From Trueperaceae bacterium (GTDB taxonomy: Bacteria > Deinococcota > Deinococci > Deinococcales > Trueperaceae): DNA of 64,000 bases. The notes under the pieces are model-generated. The model had not been told where the DNA came from. It did no database searches and saw only the letters and a program-made list of their open reading frames with translations. The DNA is taken from assembly GCA_965213705.1 (NCBI GenBank), contig OZ243913.1:3904001-3968000 (forward strand). Reading direction: 5' to 3'. The position numbers and the translations under genes are program-made. Of the stretch, positions 1-9,325 are shown one piece after another; positions within the stretch are counted from its first letter, which is position 1, and the number at the start of each line of letters is the position of its first letter.

Positions 1-170
1 GGCAAACCGTCACTCCAAGCTTGCCGCGCCGCGAGTTCGCGCTTGCGGTACAGCTCGGACAGGCCGAGTTTCAGGATTTCGGCGTAGTCGAGCGCCGGGT
101 ACTCCCGCTTCAGCGCGTTAAGCAGCCGCTCTACGTCTTCGTTGACGGACACACGTATCGTTTTTACCAT
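1..170 (-). CDS. Small putative ribbon-helix-helix antitoxin/DNA-binding protein (3' end outside window)
   Basis: Manual translation from ATG at 170: MVKTIRVSVNEDVERLLNALKREYPALDYAEILKLGLSELYRKRELAARQAW; beta-alpha-alpha pattern; open to window edge. Confidence 0.5.
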   Translation of the reverse strand, partial: MVKTIRVSVNEDVERLLNALKREYPALDYAEILKLGLSELYRKRELAARQAWSDGL

Positions 171-278
171 AGACGGCTATTATGGGCTGGATTCGCCTGA
201 ATGTCAATTTCAGGTTTCAGCTTTTTCCGGTCGCTGGGCTTCGCCCTAGCGCCGACACCGAGCGGGTAAACTCGGTGG

Positions 279-1535
279 ATGGACACCATCGTTATCGGGG
301 CAGGCTTGGCGGGACTCACAGCGGCGCAGATTTTGCAGCGTGCGGGCGTGGCGGTGCGCGTGCTCGAGGCCGCCCCCGACGTTGGCGGGCGCGTGCAGAC
401 GCGTGACGTCGAGGGTTTCACCCTTGACCGGGGGTTTCAGGTGCTTTTTACCGCTTACCCGGCGGTGAAGCGCAACCTGGACTTAGAAAAGCTGGACCTC
501 GTCACCTTCCCCCCGGCCGCCGCCATCCACCGCGGCGCGACGACGGTGCGCTTAGGCGACCCGCTGCGCGACCCCGGCAGTCTGTTCGGCACGCTGACGG
601 CGAACGTGCTGACGTTCAAAGACCGCCTGCTCGTCGCGCGTTTGACGGTTTACATCAAAAGCCTGCCGCTGGCCGAACTGCTCGCTGGTGAGGATGAGAC
701 CACACTGGCGTTTCTGAAAACATTCGGGTTTTCCGACGGGGCGATTCGAAACTTTTTCGCGCCGTTTTTCGGGGGCATCTTTTTGAACCGCAGTCTTTCG
801 ACGAGCGCGCGGCTGTTTCGCTACTACTTTCGCATGTTGCTGGACGGTGAGACGACGGTCCCGCGGGGCGGCATCGGTGAGGTCACCAAGCAACTTGCCG
901 AGGGCTTGGACGTTTCAACCGGGACGCGAGTAGAGCGCTTGGAGGCTCGAGCCGACCGCGTCACCGTCTACACGAGCGGAGAAACGTTTACAGCCAGCAG
1001 CGTCGTCGTCGCGACCGACCCGCCGGAATTACAGCGTTTGACAGGTGTCGACGCGCCCAGTGAAGCGGTGAGCAGCAGCTACCTCTATTACGCGTCGGAC
1101 ACGCAACTCGACGACGAACAACGCTTGCTGCTGAACGCCGAACCGGGCTACCTCAACAACGCCATGTGGGCCAGCAACCTCAACCCCGACCTAGCGCCGC
1201 CAGGCCGCCACCTTCTCGTCGTCACCGTGCTGGGGCTGCCGCTGGACGACGCGGGTCTCGACGCGGCCGTGCGCGGGGAACTTATGGGCTGGTACGGTGG
1301 AGCCGTCAAAAACCTCAGACTGCTCCACGTCGACCGCTTAAAGTTCGCCCAGTTCGCGCAGCCGCCGGGTTTCGTCCGGAACCTCGTCGGGCACGCTACG
1401 CCTTTGGAAAATGTGCTCGTCGCTTCGGAGGCGACGAGCAGCAGTTCTATTCAGGGAGCGCTTGCGAGTGGCGAAAAGGCGGCGGCGATTTTGCTGAACG
1501 ACACCGCCGCGCTGGCGCGGCCGCTGGGAACTTAA
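279..1535 (+). CDS. FAD-dependent oxidoreductase (amine oxidase/phytoene desaturase-like)
   Basis: IGAGLAGL dinucleotide motif, GGRVQT, LDRGFQV, C-terminal SIQGALASG. Confidence 0.85.
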   Translation: MDTIVIGAGLAGLTAAQILQRAGVAVRVLEAAPDVGGRVQTRDVEGFTLDRGFQVLFTAYPAVKRNLDLEKLDLVTFPPAAAIHRGATTVRLGDPLRDPGSLFGTLTANVLTFKDRLLVARLTVYIKSLPLAELLAGEDETTLAFLKTFGFSDGAIRNFFAPFFGGIFLNRSLSTSARLFRYYFRMLLDGETTVPRGGIGEVTKQLAEGLDVSTGTRVERLEARADRVTVYTSGETFTASSVVVATDPPELQRLTGVDAPSEAVSSSYLYYASDTQLDDEQRLLLNAEPGYLNNAMWASNLNPDLAPPGRHLLVVTVLGLPLDDAGLDAAVRGELMGWYGGAVKNLRLLHVDRLKFAQFAQPPGFVRNLVGHATPLENVLVASEATSSSSIQGALASGEKAAAILLNDTAALARPLGT

Positions 1536-1570
1536 AAACAGGGAACTTAAAAACGGGGGGCTTGAGCCGT

Positions 1571-2068
1571 TTAGGTTTGCACCCTCGAGTGGACCCACTG
1601 CCCCAACAGCGCCCCGACGATGCTCAGGCCGGCGGCGAGCAACATGAGTTGCAAGTTGGGCACCAGAAGAAGTGTGGGAAAGGCGAGCGGCACGAACTGT
1701 AAAACCACGGCCACAACAGCGCCGACCCCCGCCGCGACGTATTGAGCGTTCTTTTGCCCACGCTTAAAAAGCCACAACGACAAGCCGTAACCGAAAATGA
1801 AGTAGTAAGCGACCTGCACGACCAGTTCGATGGTGTTTTCAACCGGGCGCAGCGCCTGCAGCACGATAAACACGGTCGTGAAAATCGTTATCGGTCCGGC
1901 GAAACGGTAGAACAGGTCGGGCCTGCGTTTGACCGGGGCGGCTTTGGGCTCGCTCCGCTTGGTGCGGCGCACTTGCTTTTTGGTTTGCCGGGACTTTTTC
2001 GCTCTCAGTTTTTCCTTGGCTTTTTTTTCGTCCGCCTTTTCCTGGGCGCGGCGCAGTTGTCTGTTCAT
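1571..2068 (-). CDS. Hypothetical membrane protein with Lys/Arg-rich N-terminus
   Basis: MNRQLRRAQEK start chosen; basic N-terminus then about 4 hydrophobic segments. Confidence 0.7.
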   Translation of the reverse strand: MNRQLRRAQEKADEKKAKEKLRAKKSRQTKKQVRRTKRSEPKAAPVKRRPDLFYRFAGPITIFTTVFIVLQALRPVENTIELVVQVAYYFIFGYGLSLWLFKRGQKNAQYVAAGVGAVVAVVLQFVPLAFPTLLLVPNLQLMLLAAGLSIVGALLGQWVHSRVQT

Positions 2069-2162
2069 GAACAAAAGGATACCGCACTTTGCCGCACCCC
2101 CGTGCTCGAAAGTCCCTGAAAGGATTGCGACCGACGGGAGCTGAGGTTTAAGCTGGGTCTCG

Positions 2163-3389
2163 ATGACCATTTCTCGTGCTCTTGACAGCGCACCTCGCGA
2201 CAGTGCGCCTCACGACAGTGCATCTCACGACAGTACCTCGCTCGAGGATGCACTTCTCAACCGGGCTGCCGAAACCTACGGCACGCCCCTCTACCTCTAC
2301 GACCTCGACAAGGTGAGCGCGCAGGTCGGCGCGTTGCGGGAAGTTTTACCCCAGGCCACGCTCCTCTACGCAGTCAAGGCCAACCCGAACCACGCGGTGC
2401 TCAAAACGCTCGCGGGTTTGGGTTTGGGAGCCGAGGTGATTACCCTGGGCGAACTGGAGCGCGCTGTGCGCGCCGGGATTTCCTTAAAGCAGGTTCTCCT
2501 CGGCGGGCCGCGGCAAGACCGGGACCTCGTTGCACGCGCCGCCGAACTGGGCGTCGGTCGGGTGAGCTTGGACAGTGTTTCACAGTGGCGGATTTGGCGG
2601 GAGGTGGACGCGCCCGAGGTGTGCTTTTTGCCCCGCGTCAACCCCGGTCTCGACCCCAGGACGCACGAGCACTTAGCAACCGGCGCGGCCGAGTCCAAGT
2701 TCGGCATGACGGTGGGGGAAGCTGCGGAAGTAGCCGAAGCGTTGGCGGCGCGGGAGCAACTCGGCGGTTTTCACGTCCACGCGGGTTCGCAAATCAGCGA
2801 GCTGGACGTGTACGACGAGATTTTTTCGGTGCTGGGGCCGTTGTACGAACACTTTGGGGGAGAAGAACTCGACATCGGCGGCGGCTTCGCGGTGCCGGGC
2901 TTCGACCTGAAAGGGTTTGCGGAAAAAGTTTCTAGGTTCGCCGAGCGCCACAGCCTGAAAGTCACCGTGGAGCCGGGCCGCTTTTTGGTCGCCGAGGCCG
3001 GGGTGTTGCTGAGCCGGGTACTGCACGTCAAGAGCGGCGCGCTGAACCACGTCGTCGCCGACGCGGGCATGGCCGACCTGCTGCGGCCCGGGCTCTACGG
3101 CGCGGCGCACCCGATTCGGGTGGTCGGCAAGACGGGTACGGGCTTCAGCGCCGACGTCGACGGCCCGCTGTGCGAAAACGCCGACCGTTTGGGTCGCGGC
3201 CGCGACCTGCCCAAAGTCGCGCCGGGCGACCTTTTGGTGGTCGAACAGGCCGGCGCTTACGGCTTTGCGATGGCCTCGAACTACGCGTCCTCCCTCCGCC
3301 CCGCCGAGGCGGTCTTGCAAGGAGGCAAGCTCAGACTCGTCAAAAAGAGGGAAACGGTGGACGACCTGCTGAGGTTGGAACTTGACTGA
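2163..3389 (+). CDS. lysA: Diaminopimelate decarboxylase (fold III PLP decarboxylase)
   Basis: YAVKAN, SKFG, HVHAGSQI, DIGGG, EPGR, GPLCE, GAYG motifs. Confidence 0.85.
   Translation: MTISRALDSAPRDSAPHDSASHDSTSLEDALLNRAAETYGTPLYLYDLDKVSAQVGALREVLPQATLLYAVKANPNHAVLKTLAGLGLGAEVITLGELERAVRAGISLKQVLLGGPRQDRDLVARAAELGVGRVSLDSVSQWRIWREVDAPEVCFLPRVNPGLDPRTHEHLATGAAESKFGMTVGEAAEVAEALAAREQLGGFHVHAGSQISELDVYDEIFSVLGPLYEHFGGEELDIGGGFAVPGFDLKGFAEKVSRFAERHSLKVTVEPGRFLVAEAGVLLSRVLHVKSGALNHVVADAGMADLLRPGLYGAAHPIRVVGKTGTGFSADVDGPLCENADRLGRGRDLPKVAPGDLLVVEQAGAYGFAMASNYASSLRPAEAVLQGGKLRLVKKRETVDDLLRLELD
2184..2243 (+). repeat. Four imperfect 15-nt tandem repeats in lysA N-terminus (DSAPR/DSAPH/DSASH/DSTSL)
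   Basis: gacagcgcacctcgc gacagtgcgcctcac gacagtgcatctcac gacagtacctcgctc. Confidence 0.85.
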
Positions 3390-4224
3390 GGCGCTCGAGG
3401 CGGCCCTGTTACCGCTCGTCGAACCGTTTTCCGGGCGCGTCAGCGTTGCCTTGCAAAGTTTTCAGACCCCGGAGAGCTATACCCTCGACGCGACCCGGAC
3501 GATGGGCGCGGCGAGCCTTATCAAACTGCCCCTCCTCGTTCACGCGCTTTTCGAGGTAGCGCGGGGGCGGTTGGATCTTGGAAAACGCTACTCGTTACAA
3601 AACGAAGACCGGGTCGGCGGAGCGGGCGTTTTGCACGTTCTCGAGCCCGGCCTGACCCTCACGCTGCACGACCTGCTCACCCTGATGATCGTCGTCAGCG
3701 ACAACACCGCGACGAACCTCGTGTTAGATATTTTGGGGCTGGACGCGGCCAACGCGTTCGTCCACAACCTCGGCATGGCGCAAACAAAACTCGTCGGGAA
3801 ACTGCAACTTTCTGAAGAGCGGCAGAACGAGGCCCAACGCCGGGGAATGCGCAACGCGACCTGTGCGGCGGACGTGTTGGGATTGCTGGTGCGGCTCGTG
3901 CGGCGCGAACTGCTGCCCGACGCGCTCACTGACACCGCCCTCGCCATTCTCAAAAAGCAGCAGTTCACCGAAGCCCTGGCCCGCTACTTGCCGACCGACG
4001 TGGAGCTGAATCCGGAGCACGTAACCGTGGCGAGTAAGAGCGGCTGTTTGCGGGGCTTGTGGCACGACGCGGGGATAGTCTACAGCGCCGCCGGGACGCC
4101 TCTTTACAGCCTCGTCGTAATGACCGAAGGCTCTGCCGACCGCTCGTACAGTTTCGAGCAAGAAGGCGTGATGCTGATCGCGCGGCTCTCTGAGCGCGTG
4201 TACAACCTAGTAAAAGCTGTTTGA
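3382..4224 (+). CDS. Serine hydrolase, class A beta-lactamase-like family, no signal peptide
   Basis: SxxK (ASLIK), SDN and KSG motifs; overlaps lysA stop. Confidence 0.85.
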   Translation: MTEALEAALLPLVEPFSGRVSVALQSFQTPESYTLDATRTMGAASLIKLPLLVHALFEVARGRLDLGKRYSLQNEDRVGGAGVLHVLEPGLTLTLHDLLTLMIVVSDNTATNLVLDILGLDAANAFVHNLGMAQTKLVGKLQLSEERQNEAQRRGMRNATCAADVLGLLVRLVRRELLPDALTDTALAILKKQQFTEALARYLPTDVELNPEHVTVASKSGCLRGLWHDAGIVYSAAGTPLYSLVVMTEGSADRSYSFEQEGVMLIARLSERVYNLVKAV

Positions 4225-4380
4225 GTTCGTCCCAGACGCAAACATCGGCCAAAGGTCGGCGTGGCTAACATTACTTTTCGGTTCGGCGCTTATCATGGGT
4301 TGACCGGAGGTTATGGACCGGCGCATTTCTTCGTTGTAGGTTCGGCACCTCTAAAAACTTAAACACGTCTGGGGGACAGC

Positions 4381-6849
4381 ATGAAACATTCGAAGTTTCG
4401 TCTCGCGACGCTCGGCAACTACGCACCGCGGCGTTGCGGCATCGCGACCTTTACGACCGACCTCACCAGTGCCCTGGCGCTGCAAGCCGGGGTCGAGGTG
4501 TTTGCGGTCGCCATGAACGACGACGCGCGTTACGAGTATCCGGAGCGCGTCCGTTTCAGCTTGAACCAAGAAGACTTGGAGGATTACCGCCGGGCGGCCG
4601 ATTTTTTGAACTCGAGCCTTCTCGACGCCGTGCTGTTGCAGCATGAATACGGCATCTTCGGCGGGGCGTCGGGCGCGCACGTGTTGGAGTTGTTGGACCG
4701 CTTGCGCGCGCCGGTCGTGACCACGTTCCACACGATTTTGGAACATCCTTCGGCCGAGCAGTTGGAGGTGCTGACGCAGGTGGCGGCAGCCTCCGCCCGC
4801 GTCGTCACCATGAGCGCGCAGGGCCACGAGTTTTTGCAAACCGTATACGGCGTCCCGGCACGTAAAATCGACTTTATTCACCACGGCGTTCCGGATGTTC
4901 CCTTCAGCGAGCCGCGCGGCAAGGCGGCGTTCGGCCTGGCCGGGCGGCGGGTCGTGCTCACCTTCGGGCTGCTGTCGCCGAACAAGGGCGTCGAGACGGC
5001 AATTTGCGCACTGCCGGAGGTCGCTCGTGCCCACCCGGACGTGATGTACCTCGTCCTCGGCACGACACATCCGCACGTGGTCAAGCACAGCGGCGAAGCG
5101 TACCGGGAAAGTTTGCGGGTGCTGGCCCACGGTTTGGGCGTCGCCGAAAACGTGCGCTTCGACGCCGAGTTCGTCGAGCTGAGCGAGTTGGTCCGCTACA
5201 TCGACATGGCCGACGTGTACGTGACGCCGTACCTGAACCGCGAGCAAATCACCTCGGGCACGCTCGCCTACGCGCTCGGCCTGGGCAAGGCCGTCGTCTC
5301 GACACCGTACTGGTACGCAGAAGAACTGCTGGGCGGCGGGCGCGGCGTGATTGTGCCTTTTAAGGACAGCGCGGCGCTGGCGGAAACCCTGACCTCGCTA
5401 CTCGGCGACGACGCGCGGCGCGACGCGTTGCGGCGGCGCGCTTATGCCTACGGCCGGACGATGGTTTGGAGCGAGGGCGCACGCCACTACCTGCAAAGCG
5501 CCGCGCGCGCGGCAGAGGCAGAGGTTGCGGCGGCTGCGCCGACCGGGCTTGCCACACGCTCCTCTTTGGGCGGTGGCCCGGCGGCGAAGGGGCCGTTAAG
5601 AAGTATTTCGGTGCCGAGTGTTGCGGTATCCAAAGGGTTTGCGTCTCGGCAGCCCCGAGTGCGCTCTTACCCCGTTGGAGCTTCTACCTCGCCCGCTTTC
5701 GACCTGCCTGCTTTCGACCTGCCCGCTTTCGACCTGCGCCACGTCGCAACCCTCACCGACACGACCGGCATCGTGCAGCACGCGACCTACACGGTACCCA
5801 ACTTGCACGAGGGCTACACCACCGACGACAACGCTCGAGCCCTCATGGTGAGCGTGCAAGCGCAGGCGCTGGGTTTGGCCGGTACAGAAACGCTGAACGG
5901 TCTGAGCCACCGCTACCTCGCCTTTTTGAACTACGCCTTCGACCCCGCGACGAAACGCTACCGCAACTTTATGAGCTTCGAGCGCCGCTGGTTGGAACGT
6001 GTCGGGGCCGAGAACGCCCACGCCCGCGCCCTGCGCGCCCTGGCGACGGTGCGGCGGCGCAGCGCCGAACCCGGCCTCGTCGGGACGGCCGAGCGCTTGT
6101 TTGGGGAAAGCGTCGGCCCGGCACTCGACTTTACGAGCCCGCGCGCCTGGGCCCTGACCCTGCTCGCCCTGGCCGAGTTGCCGCCGGAAGCCTTGAACCC
6201 CGACCTCACCGCCTTGGGTGAGGCCTTGCTGGCCCGGCTGCTGCGCCTCTATGACAAAAACACCTCTGCTGACTGGCCCTGGTTCGAGGACCACCTTTGT
6301 TACAGCAACGCCAAACTGCCGCACGGCGTCATCGCTTTCGGAACGGTTCTGGGCGACGAGGCGGCGGTGACGGTGGGTATAAGGGCCTTGAAGTGGCTCG
6401 CCGAGGTGCAAACTGCGCCCGAGGGACACTTCGCGCCAGTCGGCTCCGACCGGGTGTACCGGCCGGGCGACGCCAAACCGCACTTCGACCAGCAACCGGT
6501 CGAGGCCTACGCCAGCGTCGCGGCTTACCTAGCGGCCTACCAGGGCGCACGCGACGAGCGGTGGCTAACCGAGGCCCAGCGGGCGCTGGCCTGGTTTTTC
6601 GGCCGCAACGTTTCAGGCCTGACGCTGCACGACGCCGCCACGGGCGGCTGCCGCGACGGGCTGCACCACGACCGCTTGAACCAAAACGAGGGGGCGGAGT
6701 CCACGCTGTCGCTGTGGTTGGCGGTGCTCGAGTACCACCAGGTCACTGCAGACCTCACCTCACAGAAGGTCGCCGCCGAAAACCCCACCGCTGAGACTGT
6801 CGTTTCTAAAACCGGCGCTTCCAAAACCGGCGCGCTCGAGCCCCGCTAA
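4381..6849 (+). CDS. GT4 glycosyltransferase fused to C-terminal alpha/alpha-barrel glycosidase-like domain
   Basis: PRRCGIATFT, QHEYGIFGG, TSGTLAYA; C-terminal YTTDDNARAL, FDQQPVEA, NEGAESTL. Confidence 0.85.
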   Translation: MKHSKFRLATLGNYAPRRCGIATFTTDLTSALALQAGVEVFAVAMNDDARYEYPERVRFSLNQEDLEDYRRAADFLNSSLLDAVLLQHEYGIFGGASGAHVLELLDRLRAPVVTTFHTILEHPSAEQLEVLTQVAAASARVVTMSAQGHEFLQTVYGVPARKIDFIHHGVPDVPFSEPRGKAAFGLAGRRVVLTFGLLSPNKGVETAICALPEVARAHPDVMYLVLGTTHPHVVKHSGEAYRESLRVLAHGLGVAENVRFDAEFVELSELVRYIDMADVYVTPYLNREQITSGTLAYALGLGKAVVSTPYWYAEELLGGGRGVIVPFKDSAALAETLTSLLGDDARRDALRRRAYAYGRTMVWSEGARHYLQSAARAAEAEVAAAAPTGLATRSSLGGGPAAKGPLRSISVPSVAVSKGFASRQPRVRSYPVGASTSPAFDLPAFDLPAFDLRHVATLTDTTGIVQHATYTVPNLHEGYTTDDNARALMVSVQAQALGLAGTETLNGLSHRYLAFLNYAFDPATKRYRNFMSFERRWLERVGAENAHARALRALATVRRRSAEPGLVGTAERLFGESVGPALDFTSPRAWALTLLALAELPPEALNPDLTALGEALLARLLRLYDKNTSADWPWFEDHLCYSNAKLPHGVIAFGTVLGDEAAVTVGIRALKWLAEVQTAPEGHFAPVGSDRVYRPGDAKPHFDQQPVEAYASVAAYLAAYQGARDERWLTEAQRALAWFFGRNVSGLTLHDAATGGCRDGLHHDRLNQNEGAESTLSLWLAVLEYHQVTADLTSQKVAAENPTAETVVSKTGASKTGALEPR
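5692..5736 (+). repeat. Three 15-nt tandem repeats (PAFDL)3 in the interdomain linker
   Basis: cccgctttcgacctg cctgctttcgacctg cccgctttcgacctg. Confidence 0.9.
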
Positions 6850-6851
6850 CC

Positions 6852-7859
6852 GTGCGCGTCGCCATGCTCGCGCCCATCGCCTGGCGCACCCCGCCGCGCC
6901 ACTACGGGCCGTGGGAGCGCGTGGTGTCGCTCTTGACCGAAGAGTTGGTGCGGCTGGGCGTCGACGTGACCCTGTTCGCCACCTTGGACTCGCAGACCGC
7001 GGCCAAGTTGGACGGCGTCTGCCCGCGCCCCTACGAAGAGGACAAAACGCTCGACGCCAAGGTTTGGGAATGCTTACACATCGCCCACGCGTTCGAACGT
7101 GCGGCCGAGTTCGAAATCATCCACAACCACTTCGACTTTTTGCCGCTGTCTTACAGCGGCCTCGTCAACACACCCGTACTGACGACCATTCACGGTTTTT
7201 CGTCGGAGCGCATCCTGCCGGTTTACAAGCGTTACGACGAGGGCGCGCACTACGTCGCCATCAGCGACGCCGACCGCCACCCCGGCCTGAGTTACGAGGC
7301 GACCGTGTACCACGGCATCGACTTTGGCGAATTCACGCTGCGGGAGACGCCCGGCGACTACCTCCTCTTTTTCGGACGCATCCATAGGGACAAGGGCGCG
7401 GCGGAGGCTATAGAAGTGGCGCGGCGGAGCGGCCGTCCGCTCAAACTCGCAGGCATTGTTCAAGACAAAACGTATTTCAAGCAGGAGGTCGAGCCGCACC
7501 TCGGGCTGGACGTAGAGTACCTGGGTTCGGTCGGGCCGAGGGAGCGGAACGCGCTGTTGGGTGGGGCCTACGCGCTACTGCACCTCATCAACTTCGACGA
7601 GCCCTTCGGCTTGTCGATGGTCGAGGCGATGGCCTGCGGCACGCCGGTCGTGGCGACCGCGCGGGGCTCGGTGCGTGAAGTCGTGGACGACGGCGTGACG
7701 GGTTTTGCGGTCAGGAACCCGGTCGAGGCCGCGGCGGCGCTCGAGCGCGTATCCGGTTTGGACCGCGCCCAGGTGCGCGCCCACGCCCAGACACGTTTCG
7801 ACGTGTGTCAAATGGCTCACAGTTATTTGAACGTCTACAAGGGCATTCTAGGAGCATGA
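6852..7859 (+). CDS. GT4 family glycosyltransferase
   Basis: PPRHYGPWE; EPFGLSMVEAMACGTPV (EX7E). Confidence 0.9.
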   Translation: MRVAMLAPIAWRTPPRHYGPWERVVSLLTEELVRLGVDVTLFATLDSQTAAKLDGVCPRPYEEDKTLDAKVWECLHIAHAFERAAEFEIIHNHFDFLPLSYSGLVNTPVLTTIHGFSSERILPVYKRYDEGAHYVAISDADRHPGLSYEATVYHGIDFGEFTLRETPGDYLLFFGRIHRDKGAAEAIEVARRSGRPLKLAGIVQDKTYFKQEVEPHLGLDVEYLGSVGPRERNALLGGAYALLHLINFDEPFGLSMVEAMACGTPVVATARGSVREVVDDGVTGFAVRNPVEAAAALERVSGLDRAQVRAHAQTRFDVCQMAHSYLNVYKGILGA

Positions 7860-8839
7860 TTCAGTCCTCCAAACGACCGACCGAGCTGTTCGAACGCGTT
7901 CCGGAAAACCCCGTCCTTACCGCCAACATGTGGCCGTACCCGGCCAACACGGTGTTCAACCCCGGCGCCACCCGGCTCAAAGACGGCAGCACGCTGCTCT
8001 TGGTGCGCGTCGAGGACATGCGCGGTTTGTCCCACCTGTGCGCCGCCAGGAGCCAAAACGGCGTGGACGGCTGGAGCATCGACCCCAAGCCGACTTTCGC
8101 CCCGCACCCGCATCACCCTGAAGAAGAGTGGGGCGTCGAAGACCCGCGCGTCACCTATCTGCCCGACAAAGACGCTTACGGCGTGCTCTACACCGCTTAC
8201 TCCCACCGCGGGCCGGGCGTCGCGCTGGCCCTGACCGAGGATTTTCGCAGTTTCGAACGCTACGGCCTCATTTTTCCGCCCGAAGACAAGGACGCCGCGC
8301 TGTTCCCGCGGCAAATCGACGGGCGCTGGTGGGCGATTCACCGTCCGGTCACGTCGATGGGGGCGCACATGTTTTTGTCGAGTTCGCCCGACCTGAGAAA
8401 CTGGGGCCAAAGCCGCTGCATTTTAGAAGCGCGCCGCGGCCCCTGGTGGGACGGCGTCAAGGTGGGTTTGTCCGCGCCGCCTATCGAAACCGAAAAAGGC
8501 TGGCTGCTCGTCTACCACGGCGTCAAGCTGACCGGCGGCGGGGTGCTGTACCGCAACGGGCTAGCTTTGTTCGACCTGGACGACCCAGGGCTTTTGCTGC
8601 TGCGCTCCGCGCCGTGGGTGTTCGGCCCCCGCGACGTGTTTGAGCGCGTCGGTGACGTCGACCACGTCGTTTTTCCGTGCGGCTACACGGTTTCGGACGA
8701 CGGCGACACCCTGAACCTCTACTACGGCGCGGCGGACTCCTCGGTCGGGCTGGTCAGGGCAAGCCTGAACGAACTGTTGGCGTGGCTGGAAGAAAACGGC
8801 CAACCCCACCCCCTGCGCCGGCGCGGAGACGCGGGTTAG
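7856..8839 (+). CDS. GH130-like glycosidase/mannoside phosphorylase
   Basis: NTVFNPGA, GVEDPRV, DKDAALFP, VVFPCG, YYGAAD; ATGA overlap with upstream stop. Confidence 0.85.
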   Translation: MIQSSKRPTELFERVPENPVLTANMWPYPANTVFNPGATRLKDGSTLLLVRVEDMRGLSHLCAARSQNGVDGWSIDPKPTFAPHPHHPEEEWGVEDPRVTYLPDKDAYGVLYTAYSHRGPGVALALTEDFRSFERYGLIFPPEDKDAALFPRQIDGRWWAIHRPVTSMGAHMFLSSSPDLRNWGQSRCILEARRGPWWDGVKVGLSAPPIETEKGWLLVYHGVKLTGGGVLYRNGLALFDLDDPGLLLLRSAPWVFGPRDVFERVGDVDHVVFPCGYTVSDDGDTLNLYYGAADSSVGLVRASLNELLAWLEENGQPHPLRRRGDAG

Positions 8840-9076
8840 GTGCCGTTGAATTTTTGACCGGCCGTTACGGTTTTTACCGTGCTGTAGAAGGAAGTTGTAG
8901 GAAGAAGGTTGCGGAGTGGGGGCTCGTTACGTCTGTCACGAGGTTGGGCCTCTCAAAAGACAAACCTCGTTGACAGCCTGGGGCGAGCCCCCGCTCGAGC
9001 CCGACTTTTTCAGGGGCCCGTGCGCTAAACTAGGGTTTCTTCGGGCGATTCGTCACCGGACGGAAGGGAGGGCGTC

Positions 9077-9325
9077 GTGGAAACGGTCCAAAACACGCTT
9101 CAGGTCCACCGGGCTGACCTGTTGCAGTTGCCCAACGTGGTCGGCGTGGGCGTGGGCGAGCGGGCGGGACAAACGGTCATCAAGGTGTTGGTGACGCACA
9201 AGGTCTCGAGCGCGGAACTGCAACCCCACGAGCGCGTGCCCGCCACGCTCGGCGCGTTCCGCTGCGACGTCGAAGAGGTCGGCGTGCTGCAGGCCGGCGC
9301 GGTGCAAACCGAGGTGCCCCGGTGA
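9077..9325 (+). CDS. Small protein resembling the N-terminal domain of the adjacent protease
   Basis: PNVVGVGVG...VLVTHK...VPATLG...DV matches PNVVGLGVG...VLVTQK...VPTKLG...DV in the next ORF; purine-rich RBS. Confidence 0.7.
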   Translation: METVQNTLQVHRADLLQLPNVVGVGVGERAGQTVIKVLVTHKVSSAELQPHERVPATLGAFRCDVEEVGVLQAGAVQTEVPR

